Assembly: GCA_034520945.1 (NCBI GenBank)
Contig: JAXHNB010000006.1
Location: 1-64,000 of the forward strand
From: Trueperaceae bacterium
GTDB taxonomy: Bacteria; Deinococcota; Deinococci; Deinococcales; Trueperaceae
DNA: 64,000 bases
Reading direction: 5' to 3'
Shown here piece after piece: positions 27,232 through 37,612 of the stretch. The translations under genes were made by a program, and so were the position numbers. Numbering within the stretch: the first letter of the stretch is position 1; every line of letters starts with the position of its first letter. Below the pieces are notes generated by a model. The model did not search any database. It was not told the origin of the DNA and was given only the letters and a program-made list of their open reading frames with translations.

Positions 27232-30200
27232 GTGCCCGCCGACCCCGCCACCGACGCGCCGAGCCCGAACGACCCGCCGCTGCAGCTGCGCCTGCTGGGT
27301 GTGCCGGAGGCCCGGTGGCGTGGGGCGCCGGTGGTGCCGCCGACCCGCAAGGCGCTGGCTACGGTGGCGTACACGGCGCTTCGCGGCGGGTGCGCTACCC
27401 GCGACGAGCTGGCCGAACTCCTCTGGGGCGCCGCCGGCCGCCGCAACGTCCGCCAAGCGCTGCACCGCCTGCGCGCCCTCCCCGGCGCCGACGCCTGGCT
27501 GGAGGCCGGCGAGACGGTCCGCGTGCACGCGGACACGGACGTGGCGGCGTTCGAGGCGGCGTTGGCCGACGGCGACGCCGCCCGCGCCGTGGCGCTGCAC
27601 GACGGCCGCACTCTCCTGGAGGGCTTGAACCCGCGGGCCGCGCCCGCCTTCGAAGCGTGGCTGGAGGAGGCGCGCGCCCGGCTCCAGGGCCGCTTCGCCG
27701 AAGCGCTGCGCACGCTGGCCGGGCAGCAGGAACGCGCAGGCCAGGCCGCCGAGGCCCTGGCGACCAGCCGCCGCCTGCGCAGCCTGGACCCCCTCGACGA
27801 GGCGAATCACCGCCGCATCATGCGCCTGGCGTGGGGGGCCGGCGACGTCCAGGCCGCCTGGCGCGCCTACGAGGAGTGTCGCCGCACGCTCCGGGAGGAG
27901 CTCGGCGTCGACCCGACCGAGCCGACCCAGCGCCTGGCCCGCGCCGCGTTCCACGGCCGGCGCGACACGCGGCGCCGCGCGCGCCGCGTCCGGCGCGGCG
28001 CGCCGCCGCCCATGCCGCGGGCGCTGCTTCGCCCCCCGGTGCTGGCGGGGCGCGAGGCCGCCTGGCGCCAACTGGCCGCGACCTGCCGCGAGGGGCGCGT
28101 GGCGGTGCTCAGCGGCCCGGCCGGCATCGGCAAGACCCGCCTGATGATGGACTACGGCCAGGCACGCGGGCGGATCCTGCTGGCCAGCGGCCACGCCGGC
28201 GACGACGCCGTCCCGCTCGCCAGCTTCACGCGCGCCCTCCGCGACTGGTTCGAGGCGGTGCCCGAGCTGCAGGGCGCCCTCCCGCCCTGGGTCCGGCGCG
28301 AGGCGGCGCGCCTCGTCCCGCTCAGCGACGCCGCACCCCCGGAGCCCGTCGGCTCCGAGGAGGAACGCGCCCGCTTCGCGGGCGCCATGACCGAACTGAT
28401 CCGCCGCGTAACCGCTCACGCCGACCTGATCGGGATCGACGACCTGCACGCCTTCGACGACGCCAGCCGCGACCTGATGCTGCGCGCCTGCGCCGAGCTG
28501 AGCGCCCGACATGCCGGCGGCGCCGAGGCGCACGCGCACCTGGTCGCCTGCCTCCGCAGCGACGAGCCCACCCCTGCGCTGGCGCGTGCCCTGGCGCGCC
28601 AGGAAGGGGCCGGCACCGCGACGCGCGTCCCCCTGGCGCCCCTGGACCCAGACGGCGTGGCGGCCCTGCTGGACGGCATGGGCTACCCCGGCGGCGCGCT
28701 GGCGGCGGCGCTGCACCGCCACGCGGGCGGCACGCCGCAGCTGTTGATCGAGGTTCTCAAGGACCTCCACGAGCGCGACCGGCTTCCCCCCGACGCGGAC
28801 GAGATCGGCGCGCACGGCGTGGAGGGCGCCCTGCCGGCCCGCGCGGGCGCCATGATCGGCGGGCGCCTGGCGCGGCTTCCCGCCGCCAAGCGGGCCCTAT
28901 TGGAGGTGCTGGCCGTGCTGGGCACACCCGTCGAGGCGGAGGTGCTGGCCGCCGCACTGGACCGGCCCGAGGCGGAGGTGCGCCAGCAGGTCGCGCGGCT
29001 GGAGGCACGACAGTTCCTGGAGGCCGGGCGACCCGCGCACGAACTGCTGCGCGACACCGTGCTGTCCAGCCTCGCGGAGCCGGCGCGACGCGGCTGGCAC
29101 CGCCGGATCGCGCACGCCCTGGAGGCGCGCGGCGCCACCCCCGCCCGCATCGCGCATCACGCCTGGGAGGCGGGCGCGCCCGCCTGGGCGCACGCCCGCT
29201 GGCTGGAGGCCGCCGAACGCGCCCACGCGCAGGGAGCCACCGAGCAGGCCCGCACCTGGCTGGCCGACCTGGCCGCGTCGGACGATGTCTCGCCCCAGCT
29301 GCGCGCCCGCGCGCTGTTGCGTTTGGGCCGCCTGCGCATCGACCGGGACGTCGCGGCCGCCGGCGCCGACGTGCAGCGCGCCCTGGACTTGGCTCGCTCG
29401 GTCCACGACGTCGCGTTGGAGCCGTGGTGCCTGCTGGCCGCCGCCGACGTGGCCACCTTCGCCGGCTCCTCGGACCAGGCGGCGGCGCGGCTGGGGGAAG
29501 CCCGCAGCCTGGCGCGCGAGGTGCTGGAGGAGGGCGAACGCGACGCACTCGTGCAGGCCGCGACCGGCGTCGCCTGGGCGCTGGGCGACTTCGCCGGCAC
29601 CGAGCGCGGCATCCACGCCGCCCTGGCGCGCCAGCCCCGCGCGCGCGAGCCACGCCTGAACCTGGCGATGCTGCGCTGGCACCAGGGCCGCTTCCGCGAG
29701 GCCGCCGCGCAGCTCACGGCCCTGCTGCGCGACGACCCCGACGCGGCGCAGGTCACGCTGCTCTACCACGACCTGGGCGTGGCGCAGTGGACGTTGGGTC
29801 GCTTGGACCGGGCCGCCTGGTACCTGCAGCGAAGCCGCGAGGTTTGGGACGACTCCGGCAACACCTACGCCGAAGCGATGACGGCGATGGCCTGGGGCAC
29901 GCTGGACACCAGCCGGGCGCGCCTCGACGCGGCCGAGCAACAGCTCCGGCGCGCCCGCGAACTGTTCGAGGCGCAGGGCAATCACGTCCGCAGCGCCGAC
30001 GTGGACGTGCGCCTGGCCCACGTCGCGCATCACCGCGGCCACGATGCCGACGCGCGCAGCCTGTGCGACCGCGCCCAGGCGCGCCTGGCCGACGTCCACT
30101 TCCCCTACCTCACCAGCTACCTGCACGCCCTCAGTGCGGTGAACCACGCCCGCCGGGGCCATGCGGCCTGCGCCCAGCGCGAGGCGGCCACCGCCCTGGA

Positions 30201-30531
30201 CGAGGCGCGCGAGACCCGGCACGGCTTGGCGCTGGTGCTGGCCTACCGCGCCGTAGCCGAGGTGGCGTTGCTCACGAACGACGCCGCCACGGCCCGCGCC
30301 CACGCCTGCTGCGTCACCTCCCTGGCGCGCCGCCACGAGATGCCCGAACACATGGGCCACGGCCTGCTGCTGGAGGCCCGCGCCCGCGCGGACGACGCGC
30401 CCGGCGGCGCCGCCCAGCACGCGCGCCACGCGTGGCAGGTGGCACGCGCGCACGACCTGGCCCAGCTGGCGTCGGCGGTGGCCGACGTCCTGCCCACCCT
30501 CGAGGGGGCGCAACCGGACCGCGTCTTGTGA
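27232..30531 (+). CDS. SARP/AfsR-like regulator: wHTH-BTAD + P-loop ATPase + TPR
   Basis: [43 protein letters not shown]-terminal TPRs; GGAGG RBS. Confidence 0.88.
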   Translation: MPADPATDAPSPNDPPLQLRLLGVPEARWRGAPVVPPTRKALATVAYTALRGGCATRDELAELLWGAAGRRNVRQALHRLRALPGADAWLEAGETVRVHADTDVAAFEAALADGDAARAVALHDGRTLLEGLNPRAAPAFEAWLEEARARLQGRFAEALRTLAGQQERAGQAAEALATSRRLRSLDPLDEANHRRIMRLAWGAGDVQAAWRAYEECRRTLREELGVDPTEPTQRLARAAFHGRRDTRRRARRVRRGAPPPMPRALLRPPVLAGREAAWRQLAATCREGRVAVLSGPAGIGKTRLMMDYGQARGRILLASGHAGDDAVPLASFTRALRDWFEAVPELQGALPPWVRREAARLVPLSDAAPPEPVGSEEERARFAGAMTELIRRVTAHADLIGIDDLHAFDDASRDLMLRACAELSARHAGGAEAHAHLVACLRSDEPTPALARALARQEGAGTATRVPLAPLDPDGVAALLDGMGYPGGALAAALHRHAGGTPQLLIEVLKDLHERDRLPPDADEIGAHGVEGALPARAGAMIGGRLARLPAAKRALLEVLAVLGTPVEAEVLAAALDRPEAEVRQQVARLEARQFLEAGRPAHELLRDTVLSSLAEPARRGWHRRIAHALEARGATPARIAHHAWEAGAPAWAHARWLEAAERAHAQGATEQARTWLADLAASDDVSPQLRARALLRLGRLRIDRDVAAAGADVQRALDLARSVHDVALEPWCLLAAADVATFAGSSDQAAARLGEARSLAREVLEEGERDALVQAATGVAWALGDFAGTERGIHAALARQPRAREPRLNLAMLRWHQGRFREAAAQLTALLRDDPDAAQVTLLYHDLGVAQWTLGRLDRAAWYLQRSREVWDDSGNTYAEAMTAMAWGTLDTSRARLDAAEQQLRRARELFEAQGNHVRSADVDVRLAHVAHHRGHDADARSLCDRAQARLADVHFPYLTSYLHALSAVNHARRGHAACAQREAATALDEARETRHGLALVLAYRAVAEVALLTNDAATARAHACCVTSLARRHEMPEHMGHGLLLEARARADDAPGGAAQHARHAWQVARAHDLAQLASAVADVLPTLEGAQPDRVL

Positions 30532-30559
30532 CGCCCCTGTAACGGTCGCTTCCTATCCT
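30527..30559 (+). promoter_or_regulatory. SARP-type heptamer direct repeat TGTGACG-N4-TGTAACG, 9 nt before -10 TATCCT
   Basis: 11-bp period repeat at 30527-30544; TATCCT at 30554-30559. Confidence 0.6.
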
Positions 30560-30612
30560 GCCCCGCGACGCGTGAACGTGGGCCCGGCCCGCGCGCGGGA
30601 AAGGACCCGAAC

Positions 30613-33063
30613 ATGCCGAGCCATCCTTGGAGACTTCTTACGAAACCGCGGCGCACCGCCGCCTGCCGCACCTCCCCCTGGCGGGGGGCCGCCCGGCTCG
30701 TCACCCTCGCGGCCCTCCTGACCGCCCTGTTGGCGGCCTGCAACGGCGGCGGCGGGGGCCTCTCGGTCGGCCTCTCGCAGGACGCCCTCGAGATCGGCCG
30801 CGGCGAAGCAGGCGCCGGCACCATCACCGTGACCCTGCAAGGCACGGACGGCGAGCCGGCCACGCTGAGCGTCGATGGCGCCCCAGGCGGCGTCGCCGCC
30901 ACCTTCGACCCCAACCCCGCCAGCAGCGAGAGCACCCTCACGCTGCAGGCCGACCTGGACGCCGAGGGAAGCGAATCGACGCTGAGCGTGCGCGCCACCC
31001 GCGGCAGCGCCGAAGCCACCGCCGAGCTGGCGCTCACCGTCCAACCGAACCCGGCCCTGGTCGAACGCTACAGTCGCGAGCCCGGCGAGGTCCGCACCCT
31101 CACCGCCGGCGGCGTCGAACTCACCTACGAGCTCATCGACGGCCTGGTCATCTACCAGGGCGACATGGTCCTCGGCACGCCCGCGGAGGCCGAAGCGTTC
31201 CTCGAGCGGGCCGCCGCGGGCGGCGGAGACGCCCTGTCCGCCCAGGGGATCGGCCTGAAGGACGACATCGACCGCTGGCCGAACGGCGTGGTGCCCTACG
31301 AGATCGACGTGGACGAATACGATCCCGCCAACCGCAGCGCCATCCAGGACCTGGTGGATCGCGCCGTGGCGCACATCGAGGACCGCACCCACATCGACAT
31401 GCGCCCCCGTTTCGGGCAGAGCGACTACCTGCGGCTCATCCCGCCCGACGACGCCCGCGTCTGCGGATCCTCCGCCGTCGGCATGAAGGGCGGACGGCAG
31501 ACCCTGCGCATGAGCGCCGGCTGCAGCATGGGCACGCTGGTGCACGAGATCCTGCATGCCCTCGGCGTCGCGCACGAACAGTCCCGGTCCGACCGCAACG
31601 CCTTCGTGAACGTCAACTTCTCGAACCTGGCCGCCATCGACCTGCGCAACAACCTCACCATCGCGCCCACCGACGTGTTCAATGACTACGGCGCCTACGA
31701 CTTCGACTCGATCATGCACTACCCGGCCTTCATCGGTTCGTGGAGCGTCGATCCGAGTGTCCCGCTGATCACTCCCACCGACCCCAGCATCTCCCTCGGC
31801 CGCCTGGGCCAACGCAGCGGCCTCAGCGACGGCGACGTCACCGCCCTCTGCGAGTTCATGTACCAAGGCATCGGGCCGAACGTGTTCGTGTCCTCGCCCG
31901 CCGACGGCGCCACCTTCGAGGTAGGCGACACCGTGCAGCTCATGGGCCGCATCGAGAGCCGCTTCGGGGTGCAGGAGCCCTACCTGGCCCGCTGGGTCAG
32001 CGACGTCGACGGCGAGCTCCGCCGCGCCGGCTACCCCACCGGCGTGATCCGCATCGACGACCTCTCGCCCGGCACGCACACCCTCACGCTGGAGAGCCGC
32101 ACCGGCTGCGACGACGACGCCGATTCCGTCACGATCACGGTCACCGGCGACGCTTCGATGCAGATCGCCTCGCCCAGCGACGGCGCAAGCTACGAGCGCG
32201 GCGTGGAGAGCGTGCTGCTGCGCGTCACCACCGAAGGCTTCCCCGACCCGCCCGAGGTGTCCTGGGAGAGCGACGTCGACGGCGACCTCGGCACCAGCAG
32301 CGAGGAACTGTCCCACCTCGACCTCTCCTACGGCGACCACACCATCACCGCCACCGCCACCGCGCCCAGCGGCGCTACCCTCAGCGATTCCGTCGACATC
32401 ACCATCACCAACCGCCCGCCCAGCGTCGAGATCATCCAGCCCGCGGACGGCGCGAGCTTCTGCGAGGACGAGGACATCGACTTCCGCGCCAGCGTCACAG
32501 ACCTCAACGAACTGCCGGACCGCACCGTGCCCCCGAGCGACGTCGACTGGCGCGTCGACGAAGGCGCCCCCTTCGCCACCGGCAAGGACGTCACGCGCGC
32601 CTTCGCGTCGAGCGGCACGCGCACCGTCACCGCCCGTGCCACCGACGCCCAGGGCGAGACTAGCGAGACCAGCGTCGCGGTCGAGATCGTCGAATGCAGC
32701 GACCAGCCCCCCGACCACGTGGCCATCACCGAACCCCCCGAGGACAGCGGGCCCAGCGACTCCAAGTACGTGCACGACGGCTACGACGAGAGCCGGAACC
32801 AGTGGTACACCGACGTCCAACTCGAAGGCGAGGCGACCGACCCCGAGGACGGTACGCTCACCGGCAGCGACCTGATCTGGACCACCGACCGCAGTGATCT
32901 GCAGGACCCCGAGCTGGGTACAGGCGAGAGTCTCACCGTCCGCCTGTACGACGACAACGACGCCTGCAGCAGCGACACGCACGCGGTGACGTTCACCGCG
33001 ACCGACAGCGACGGGAACGCGCGAAGTGCGGTCCGTCGCATCACCATCTGGACGTTGTGCTGA
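30613..33063 (+). CDS. Astacin (M12A) metalloprotease lipoprotein with Ig/PKD-like repeats
   Basis: LAAC lipobox; YQGDM propeptide motif; WPNGVVPY, HEILHALGVAHEQSRSDR, SIMHY Met-turn; repeated SPxDGA...WxSDVDGxL. Confidence 0.9.
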   Translation: MPSHPWRLLTKPRRTAACRTSPWRGAARLVTLAALLTALLAACNGGGGGLSVGLSQDALEIGRGEAGAGTITVTLQGTDGEPATLSVDGAPGGVAATFDPNPASSESTLTLQADLDAEGSESTLSVRATRGSAEATAELALTVQPNPALVERYSREPGEVRTLTAGGVELTYELIDGLVIYQGDMVLGTPAEAEAFLERAAAGGGDALSAQGIGLKDDIDRWPNGVVPYEIDVDEYDPANRSAIQDLVDRAVAHIEDRTHIDMRPRFGQSDYLRLIPPDDARVCGSSAVGMKGGRQTLRMSAGCSMGTLVHEILHALGVAHEQSRSDRNAFVNVNFSNLAAIDLRNNLTIAPTDVFNDYGAYDFDSIMHYPAFIGSWSVDPSVPLITPTDPSISLGRLGQRSGLSDGDVTALCEFMYQGIGPNVFVSSPADGATFEVGDTVQLMGRIESRFGVQEPYLARWVSDVDGELRRAGYPTGVIRIDDLSPGTHTLTLESRTGCDDDADSVTITVTGDASMQIASPSDGASYERGVESVLLRVTTEGFPDPPEVSWESDVDGDLGTSSEELSHLDLSYGDHTITATATAPSGATLSDSVDITITNRPPSVEIIQPADGASFCEDEDIDFRASVTDLNELPDRTVPPSDVDWRVDEGAPFATGKDVTRAFASSGTRTVTARATDAQGETSETSVAVEIVECSDQPPDHVAITEPPEDSGPSDSKYVHDGYDESRNQWYTDVQLEGEATDPEDGTLTGSDLIWTTDRSDLQDPELGTGESLTVRLYDDNDACSSDTHAVTFTATDSDGNARSAVRRITIWTLC

Positions 33064-33089
33064 CGCTCGCCGCCGATCGAACGTAGGCC

Positions 33090-33119
33090 GAGGGGGCGCG
33101 CTTCGCGGCGCGCCCCCTC
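33090..33119 (+). terminator. 12-bp perfect hairpin after the astacin gene
   Basis: GAGGGGGCGCGC-TTCGCG-GCGCGCCCCCTC between convergent genes; weak U-tract. Confidence 0.6.
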
Positions 33120-33179
33120 TCCATGCCTCCGCGTTTCGAACCTCCGAGGCCTTGAGGCGATGCCGGTACCCCGCGTACC

Positions 33180-33407
33180 TCAGTCCTCCGGCGGCGGCTC
33201 CTCCTGCCGCGCCGTACCCCACTCGTCGCGGTTCTCGATGTCCAGCTGGTAGTCCTCCCACGCCTGCTCGCGCCAGGCGAGCACCTCGTCGGGCGACCCG
33301 CCGTCCGGTGGCGTCAGGCCGGTGCGGGCCGCCAGACGTTCCAGCGGCATCTCCATGAAGTCCTCTCGGGTGAGGCGCGGGGCGTTCACCGGGTCGCGTT
33401 CGGGCAT
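33180..33407 (-). CDS. Small acidic hypothetical protein (75 aa)
   Basis: GGGAGG RBS, typical codon bias. Confidence 0.6.
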   Translation of the reverse strand: MPERDPVNAPRLTREDFMEMPLERLAARTGLTPPDGGSPDEVLAWREQAWEDYQLDIENRDEWGTARQEEPPPED

Positions 33408-33684
33408 CGAAGCCTCCCTGAGGGCAGCGTAGGCGCACGGGTTGGCGGCGGCCGTCGTGCAGGCTGCCTCGCGGAGGTGGGGAGATCGCTGCATGGTTCG
33501 GTGATGCCCATGGGCATCACCGCCGCCGGAATACCCAACCCTAGAATCGCGATGCGTCAGGGACGATCGTTCTCGTCGCATCACGGGCGAGGATGCGCAC
33601 GTTCGGCCCGCTGATGCCCATGGGCATCAAGGGGGCCCCAAGAAGGAGCCACGCACCGCGTGCCCCCGCCCCGCGCCCCGAGCG

Positions 33685-34650
33685 TCAGGCGGTGGGGGTG
33701 TGGCGTTTCAGGAGCGACTGGGCCGCGTGCTCGATGGCGCCGAAGCGGAACTCGAAGCCGGCCTCGCGGAGGCGGGCGGGCAGGACCCGCGTGCTGGGGA
33801 GGATCACCTCGTCGGCCATCCGGCCCAACAGCAGGCGCAGCGCGAAGGCCGGAACCGGCACGAAGGCGGGCCGCCCGAGCGCCCGGGCGATGGCGCGGGT
33901 GATGCGGATCTGCCGCGCGGGTTGTGGGGCGACCACGTTGAACACCCCCGAGGGCGGGTCCGTGCCCACCGCCGGGTCGATCAGGAACAGCAGCGCCCGG
34001 GCCAGGTCGGCGGCGTGGATCCAGGGCCACCACTGCTGCCCGCTTCCCAGCGGGCCACCCACGCCCAGGCGGACGGGCAGAACCAAGCGCCGCCACGCCG
34101 CCGCGTCGCGGGAAAACACCACGCCCAAGCGGGCCACCACCAAACGCGTGATGTCGGCGGCGGGGGCGGCGGCCTCCTCCCAGGCGCGGCCGATCTCGCA
34201 CAGGTACAGGTCGTTGCCGGGCGGCGCGTCCTCGGTGATCAGTTCGTCGCCGCGGTCGCCGTACAGGCCGACGGCGGAGGCCTGCAGCCAGGAGCGGGGC
34301 GGGGCGAAGGTGAGCTCGGCCGCTCGCACCAGGGTGGTGGTGGCGTCCACGCGGCTCTCGCGAATGGCGCGGCGATGACGAGGCCCGAAGCGGCCGTCGA
34401 TGCTGGCGCCCGCCAGGTTGACGATCGCGTCGGTGCCGTCCAGGATGCTGGCCAGGGCCTTGAGCTGGGCGTGATCGTTCTGCCGTGCGGCGCGGGGGTT
34501 CCACGCCACCGCTTCGGTGCCCGGCGGTTCGCGTCCGTCCAGCGTGCGGGTAAGGACGAGCACCCGCCAACGGGGTGCAGCCCGCGCGATCAACGCGCGC
34601 CCGATCACGCCGGACGCGCCGGCGATCACCAGGCTGGGACGGAGCGGCAT
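33685..34650 (-). CDS. TIGR01777/YfcH-like NAD-dependent epimerase family protein
   Basis: AGASGVIG, VNLAGASI, SRV, ASAVGLYG, GGPLGSGQQWWPWIH, P.RLREAGFEFRF. Confidence 0.9.
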   Translation of the reverse strand: MPLRPSLVIAGASGVIGRALIARAAPRWRVLVLTRTLDGREPPGTEAVAWNPRAARQNDHAQLKALASILDGTDAIVNLAGASIDGRFGPRHRRAIRESRVDATTTLVRAAELTFAPPRSWLQASAVGLYGDRGDELITEDAPPGNDLYLCEIGRAWEEAAAPAADITRLVVARLGVVFSRDAAAWRRLVLPVRLGVGGPLGSGQQWWPWIHAADLARALLFLIDPAVGTDPPSGVFNVVAPQPARQIRITRAIARALGRPAFVPVPAFALRLLLGRMADEVILPSTRVLPARLREAGFEFRFGAIEHAAQSLLKRHTPTA

Positions 34651-34830
34651 GCGCCTAGCGTACCGGTCGGGGGCCCCGCGCGTGCGGCACGGGCCTGGCC
34701 GCCCAAGGTCCGCGGGCGCGACGACGGCGAACCGCAACGTGCACGCCGGCGGGCGGTTCGGATAGGATCGACGAATCCGGCCGGCCGGCGCGCTATGGTG
34801 CGTCCCATCGAAAGATATGGAGGTACTGCC

Positions 34831-34980
34831 GTGGACGAACGTCCGCCCCACGATCCCGATGAGACCCCCCCCGAAGACCAGGACACGCCCAAAGGGGCGA
34901 TCGCAGTGACGTTGTTCCTGGCGGCCACCATCCTGGTGCTGTGGTTCTCCATGTACGCCCTCAACGTGGTGAGGAACTGA
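34831..34980 (+). CDS. cbaD: ba3-type cytochrome c oxidase subunit IIa
   Basis: PKGAIAVTLFLAATILVLWFSMY resembles Thermus subunit IIa; GGAGG RBS; directly before subunit II. Confidence 0.82.
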   Translation: MDERPPHDPDETPPEDQDTPKGAIAVTLFLAATILVLWFSMYALNVVRN

Positions 34981-34981
34981 C

Positions 34982-35911
34982 GTGGACGAGCGTCAGCATC
35001 AGCAGATCGCGCGCTGGGAGCGTGCCTGGTTGGCGGTGTCCGGCCTGATGACGCTCATGTTCGTGCTGCTCATCGCCTACAACCTGGCGGTGGAGGGGGC
35101 CCACATCGCGCAGCGGACCGACAAGGCCACGCCCGAGCAGATCCTGGCGCAGGACCTGTTCGCCGAGCCGGGGGTGCGGGCGGCGGGGCCCGGCCGGGTG
35201 CAGGTGACCAGCGTGGCGCAGGCGTTCAACTTCCAGCCGTCCGACATTCGCGTGCCGGTGGGCAGCGAGGTGGAGTTCTACCTCACCAGCCGCGACGTGA
35301 TTCACGGGTTTCAGGTCGAACGGACCAACATCAACGTCGAGGTCATCCCCGGCGAGGTCTCGCGCCTGCACTACACCTTCCGCGAGCCGGGCACCTACCG
35401 CGTCACCTGCAACGAGTACTGCGGCATCGGGCACCACGACATGCTGGGCACGGTCACGGTGGTGCCGGCGTCGCAGTGGCGCGCGCAGGCCGACGAGGCC
35501 GCGCCTGCCGATGACGAGGCGGACGGGGCGCCGGGTGGCGCCGAGGTGTACGCCGCCAACTGCGCGTCCTGCCACCAGGCGCAGGGGCAGGGCATTCCCG
35601 GCGCGTTCCCGCCGCTGGCGGGGCACGCCGCCGACCTGTTGGAGACGCAGGGGCGGGACTACCTCCCGTTGGTGCTGTTGTACGGACTCGAGGGACAGAT
35701 CGAGGTGGAGGGCGCCAGCTACGCCGGGGCGATGCCCGCCTGGGGGCAGTTGTCCGACGGGGCGTTGGCGGCGGTCAGCAACTACGTGCTGGAGGAGCTC
35801 AGCGCTGAGGACCTGCCCGAGGACTTCGAGCCGTACGCCGCCAGCGAGTTCGCCGAGGCGCGCGGGCAGGGCCTGTCCGCGTCCGACGTGCACGCGCGGA
35901 GGACCGAATGA
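34982..35911 (+). CDS. cbaB: ba3-type oxidase subunit II fused to a C-terminal cytochrome c552-like domain
   Basis: Single TM; DVIHGF and CNEYCGIGHHDM CuA ligands; CASCH, GQGIPGAFPPLAGH, GAMP. Confidence 0.92.
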   Translation: MDERQHQQIARWERAWLAVSGLMTLMFVLLIAYNLAVEGAHIAQRTDKATPEQILAQDLFAEPGVRAAGPGRVQVTSVAQAFNFQPSDIRVPVGSEVEFYLTSRDVIHGFQVERTNINVEVIPGEVSRLHYTFREPGTYRVTCNEYCGIGHHDMLGTVTVVPASQWRAQADEAAPADDEADGAPGGAEVYAANCASCHQAQGQGIPGAFPPLAGHAADLLETQGRDYLPLVLLYGLEGQIEVEGASYAGAMPAWGQLSDGALAAVSNYVLEELSAEDLPEDFEPYAASEFAEARGQGLSASDVHARRTE

Positions 35912-37596
35912 GCGACATGACCGCGACGAGCGCGACGACGACCCCCCGTTCCGAGGTGACCGGCCTGCGCGGCGAGCGGCGGGTCACCTTCGCCTTCCTG
36001 CTCACCGGGCTGATCGCGCTGCTTGTGGGGGCGCTGTTGGGGCCGCTGCAGGCGCTGAACTACGGCGGCATCGACCTGTACCAGTACCTGCCGTGGCTGC
36101 AGTCGTACTACCAGGGCCTCACCCTGCACGGGGTGCTGAACGCGCTGGTGTTCACCACCTTCTTCAACGCGGGCGTGCTGTTGTACCTGCCGGCGCGGGA
36201 GCTGGACGTGCGCATGAACCTGGGGTTCGTGTGGGCGTCGTACGGGGTGATGGTCGGGGGTCTCGCGATCGCCGGCCTGGCGATCCTGTCGAACACCTCG
36301 AACGTGCTGTACACCTTCTACCCGCCGCTCTCGGGGCACTGGGGGTTCTATCTGGGCTTGGCGCTGGTGGTGGTGGCCAGCCTGATGGTGGCGGCGGAGA
36401 CGCTGCGCCTGCGGCACGCCTGGCGGCGGGCGAACCCCGGCAAGGTCACGCCGATCGTGACGTACATGGCGGTCGCCACGCAGCTGATGTGGATCCTCGC
36501 CTCGGTCGGGATCGTGGTCGAGGTGGTGGTGTTCCTGCTGCCGTGGTCGCTGGGGTGGATTCAGGGCGTCGACCCGGGCTTGGCGCGGACGCTGTTCTGG
36601 TGGACGGGGCACCCCATCGTGTACTTCTGGCTGCTGCCGGCGTACATCAGTTGGTACACGCTGGTGCCGAAGCAGGTGGGGGGCACGCTGGTGTCCGACC
36701 CGCTGGCGCGGCTGGCGTTCCTGATGTTCCTGTTGTTCAGCACGCCGGTCGGGTTCCACCACCAGTTCACCGACCCGGGCATCCCGGCTGGGTGGAAGAT
36801 GGTGCACTCGCTGCTGACCATGTTCGTCGGCATCCCCAGCCTGATCACCGCGTTCACGGTCGCCGCCTCGATGGAGATCGGCGGCAAACGGGCCGGCGGA
36901 CGGGGCGTGTTCGGCTGGATCGGCAAGCTGCCGTGGCGCGATGCGGCGTTCACCGCGCAGGCGTTGGCGATGATCGCGTTCATCTTCGGCGGGGCCGGGG
37001 GGATCGTGAACGCCAGCTTCAACCTCGACATCCTGGTGAACAACACCGCCTGGATCCCCGGGCACTTCCACCTGACCGTCGGCACGGCGGTGACGCTGAC
37101 GTTCTTCGGCATGACCTTCTGGCTGGTGCCGCACCTGACCGGCAAGCGGCTGTTCTCGAACGGCCTGGCGTTGGCGGCGTCGTGGACGTGGTTCGTCGGC
37201 ATGATGGTGTTCGCGCTCGGCATGCACTGGCAGGGCATCCTGGCCGTGCCGCGCCGCGCCCTGATCAGCGCCGCGCCCGAGGGCACCTACGCCGACGCCT
37301 GGCTGCCGATGGTGTTCACGGGCGTCAGCGGCGTGATCCTGCTGGTGGCGGTGGTGCTGTACTTCACGGTGCTGTTCGGGACGCTGTTCGCCCGTTCCAG
37401 CATGAGCGAAGACGAGCGGCCCGCCATCCCGTTCGTCGAGGCCGCGTCGTTCGAGCGGACCGGCCTGCTCAGGCTGCTGGACTCGCTGTACGGCTGGTTC
37501 GCGCTGGCGTGCCTGCTGGTCGCCGTCGCCTACCTTCCGACGCTGATCGACATGCTGCTCAACCAGGTGCCGATCCAGCGGTACCAGCTCTGGTAG
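35908..37596 (+). CDS. cbaA: ba3-type (B-family) heme-copper oxidase subunit I
   Basis: QGLTLHGVLN, VLYTFYPPL, FWWTGHPIVYFW, GFHHQF, GHFH, VPRR. Confidence 0.95.
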   Translation: MSDMTATSATTTPRSEVTGLRGERRVTFAFLLTGLIALLVGALLGPLQALNYGGIDLYQYLPWLQSYYQGLTLHGVLNALVFTTFFNAGVLLYLPARELDVRMNLGFVWASYGVMVGGLAIAGLAILSNTSNVLYTFYPPLSGHWGFYLGLALVVVASLMVAAETLRLRHAWRRANPGKVTPIVTYMAVATQLMWILASVGIVVEVVVFLLPWSLGWIQGVDPGLARTLFWWTGHPIVYFWLLPAYISWYTLVPKQVGGTLVSDPLARLAFLMFLLFSTPVGFHHQFTDPGIPAGWKMVHSLLTMFVGIPSLITAFTVAASMEIGGKRAGGRGVFGWIGKLPWRDAAFTAQALAMIAFIFGGAGGIVNASFNLDILVNNTAWIPGHFHLTVGTAVTLTFFGMTFWLVPHLTGKRLFSNGLALAASWTWFVGMMVFALGMHWQGILAVPRRALISAAPEGTYADAWLPMVFTGVSGVILLVAVVLYFTVLFGTLFARSSMSEDERPAIPFVEAASFERTGLLRLLDSLYGWFALACLLVAVAYLPTLIDMLLNQVPIQRYQLW

Positions 37597-37612
37597 GGGG
37601 GAGGAGCGCGCC

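Noticed and set aside
31880..32470. Repeated AGCGACGTCGACGGCGA segments
   Set aside because: Coding repeats of Ig-like domains in the astacin protein
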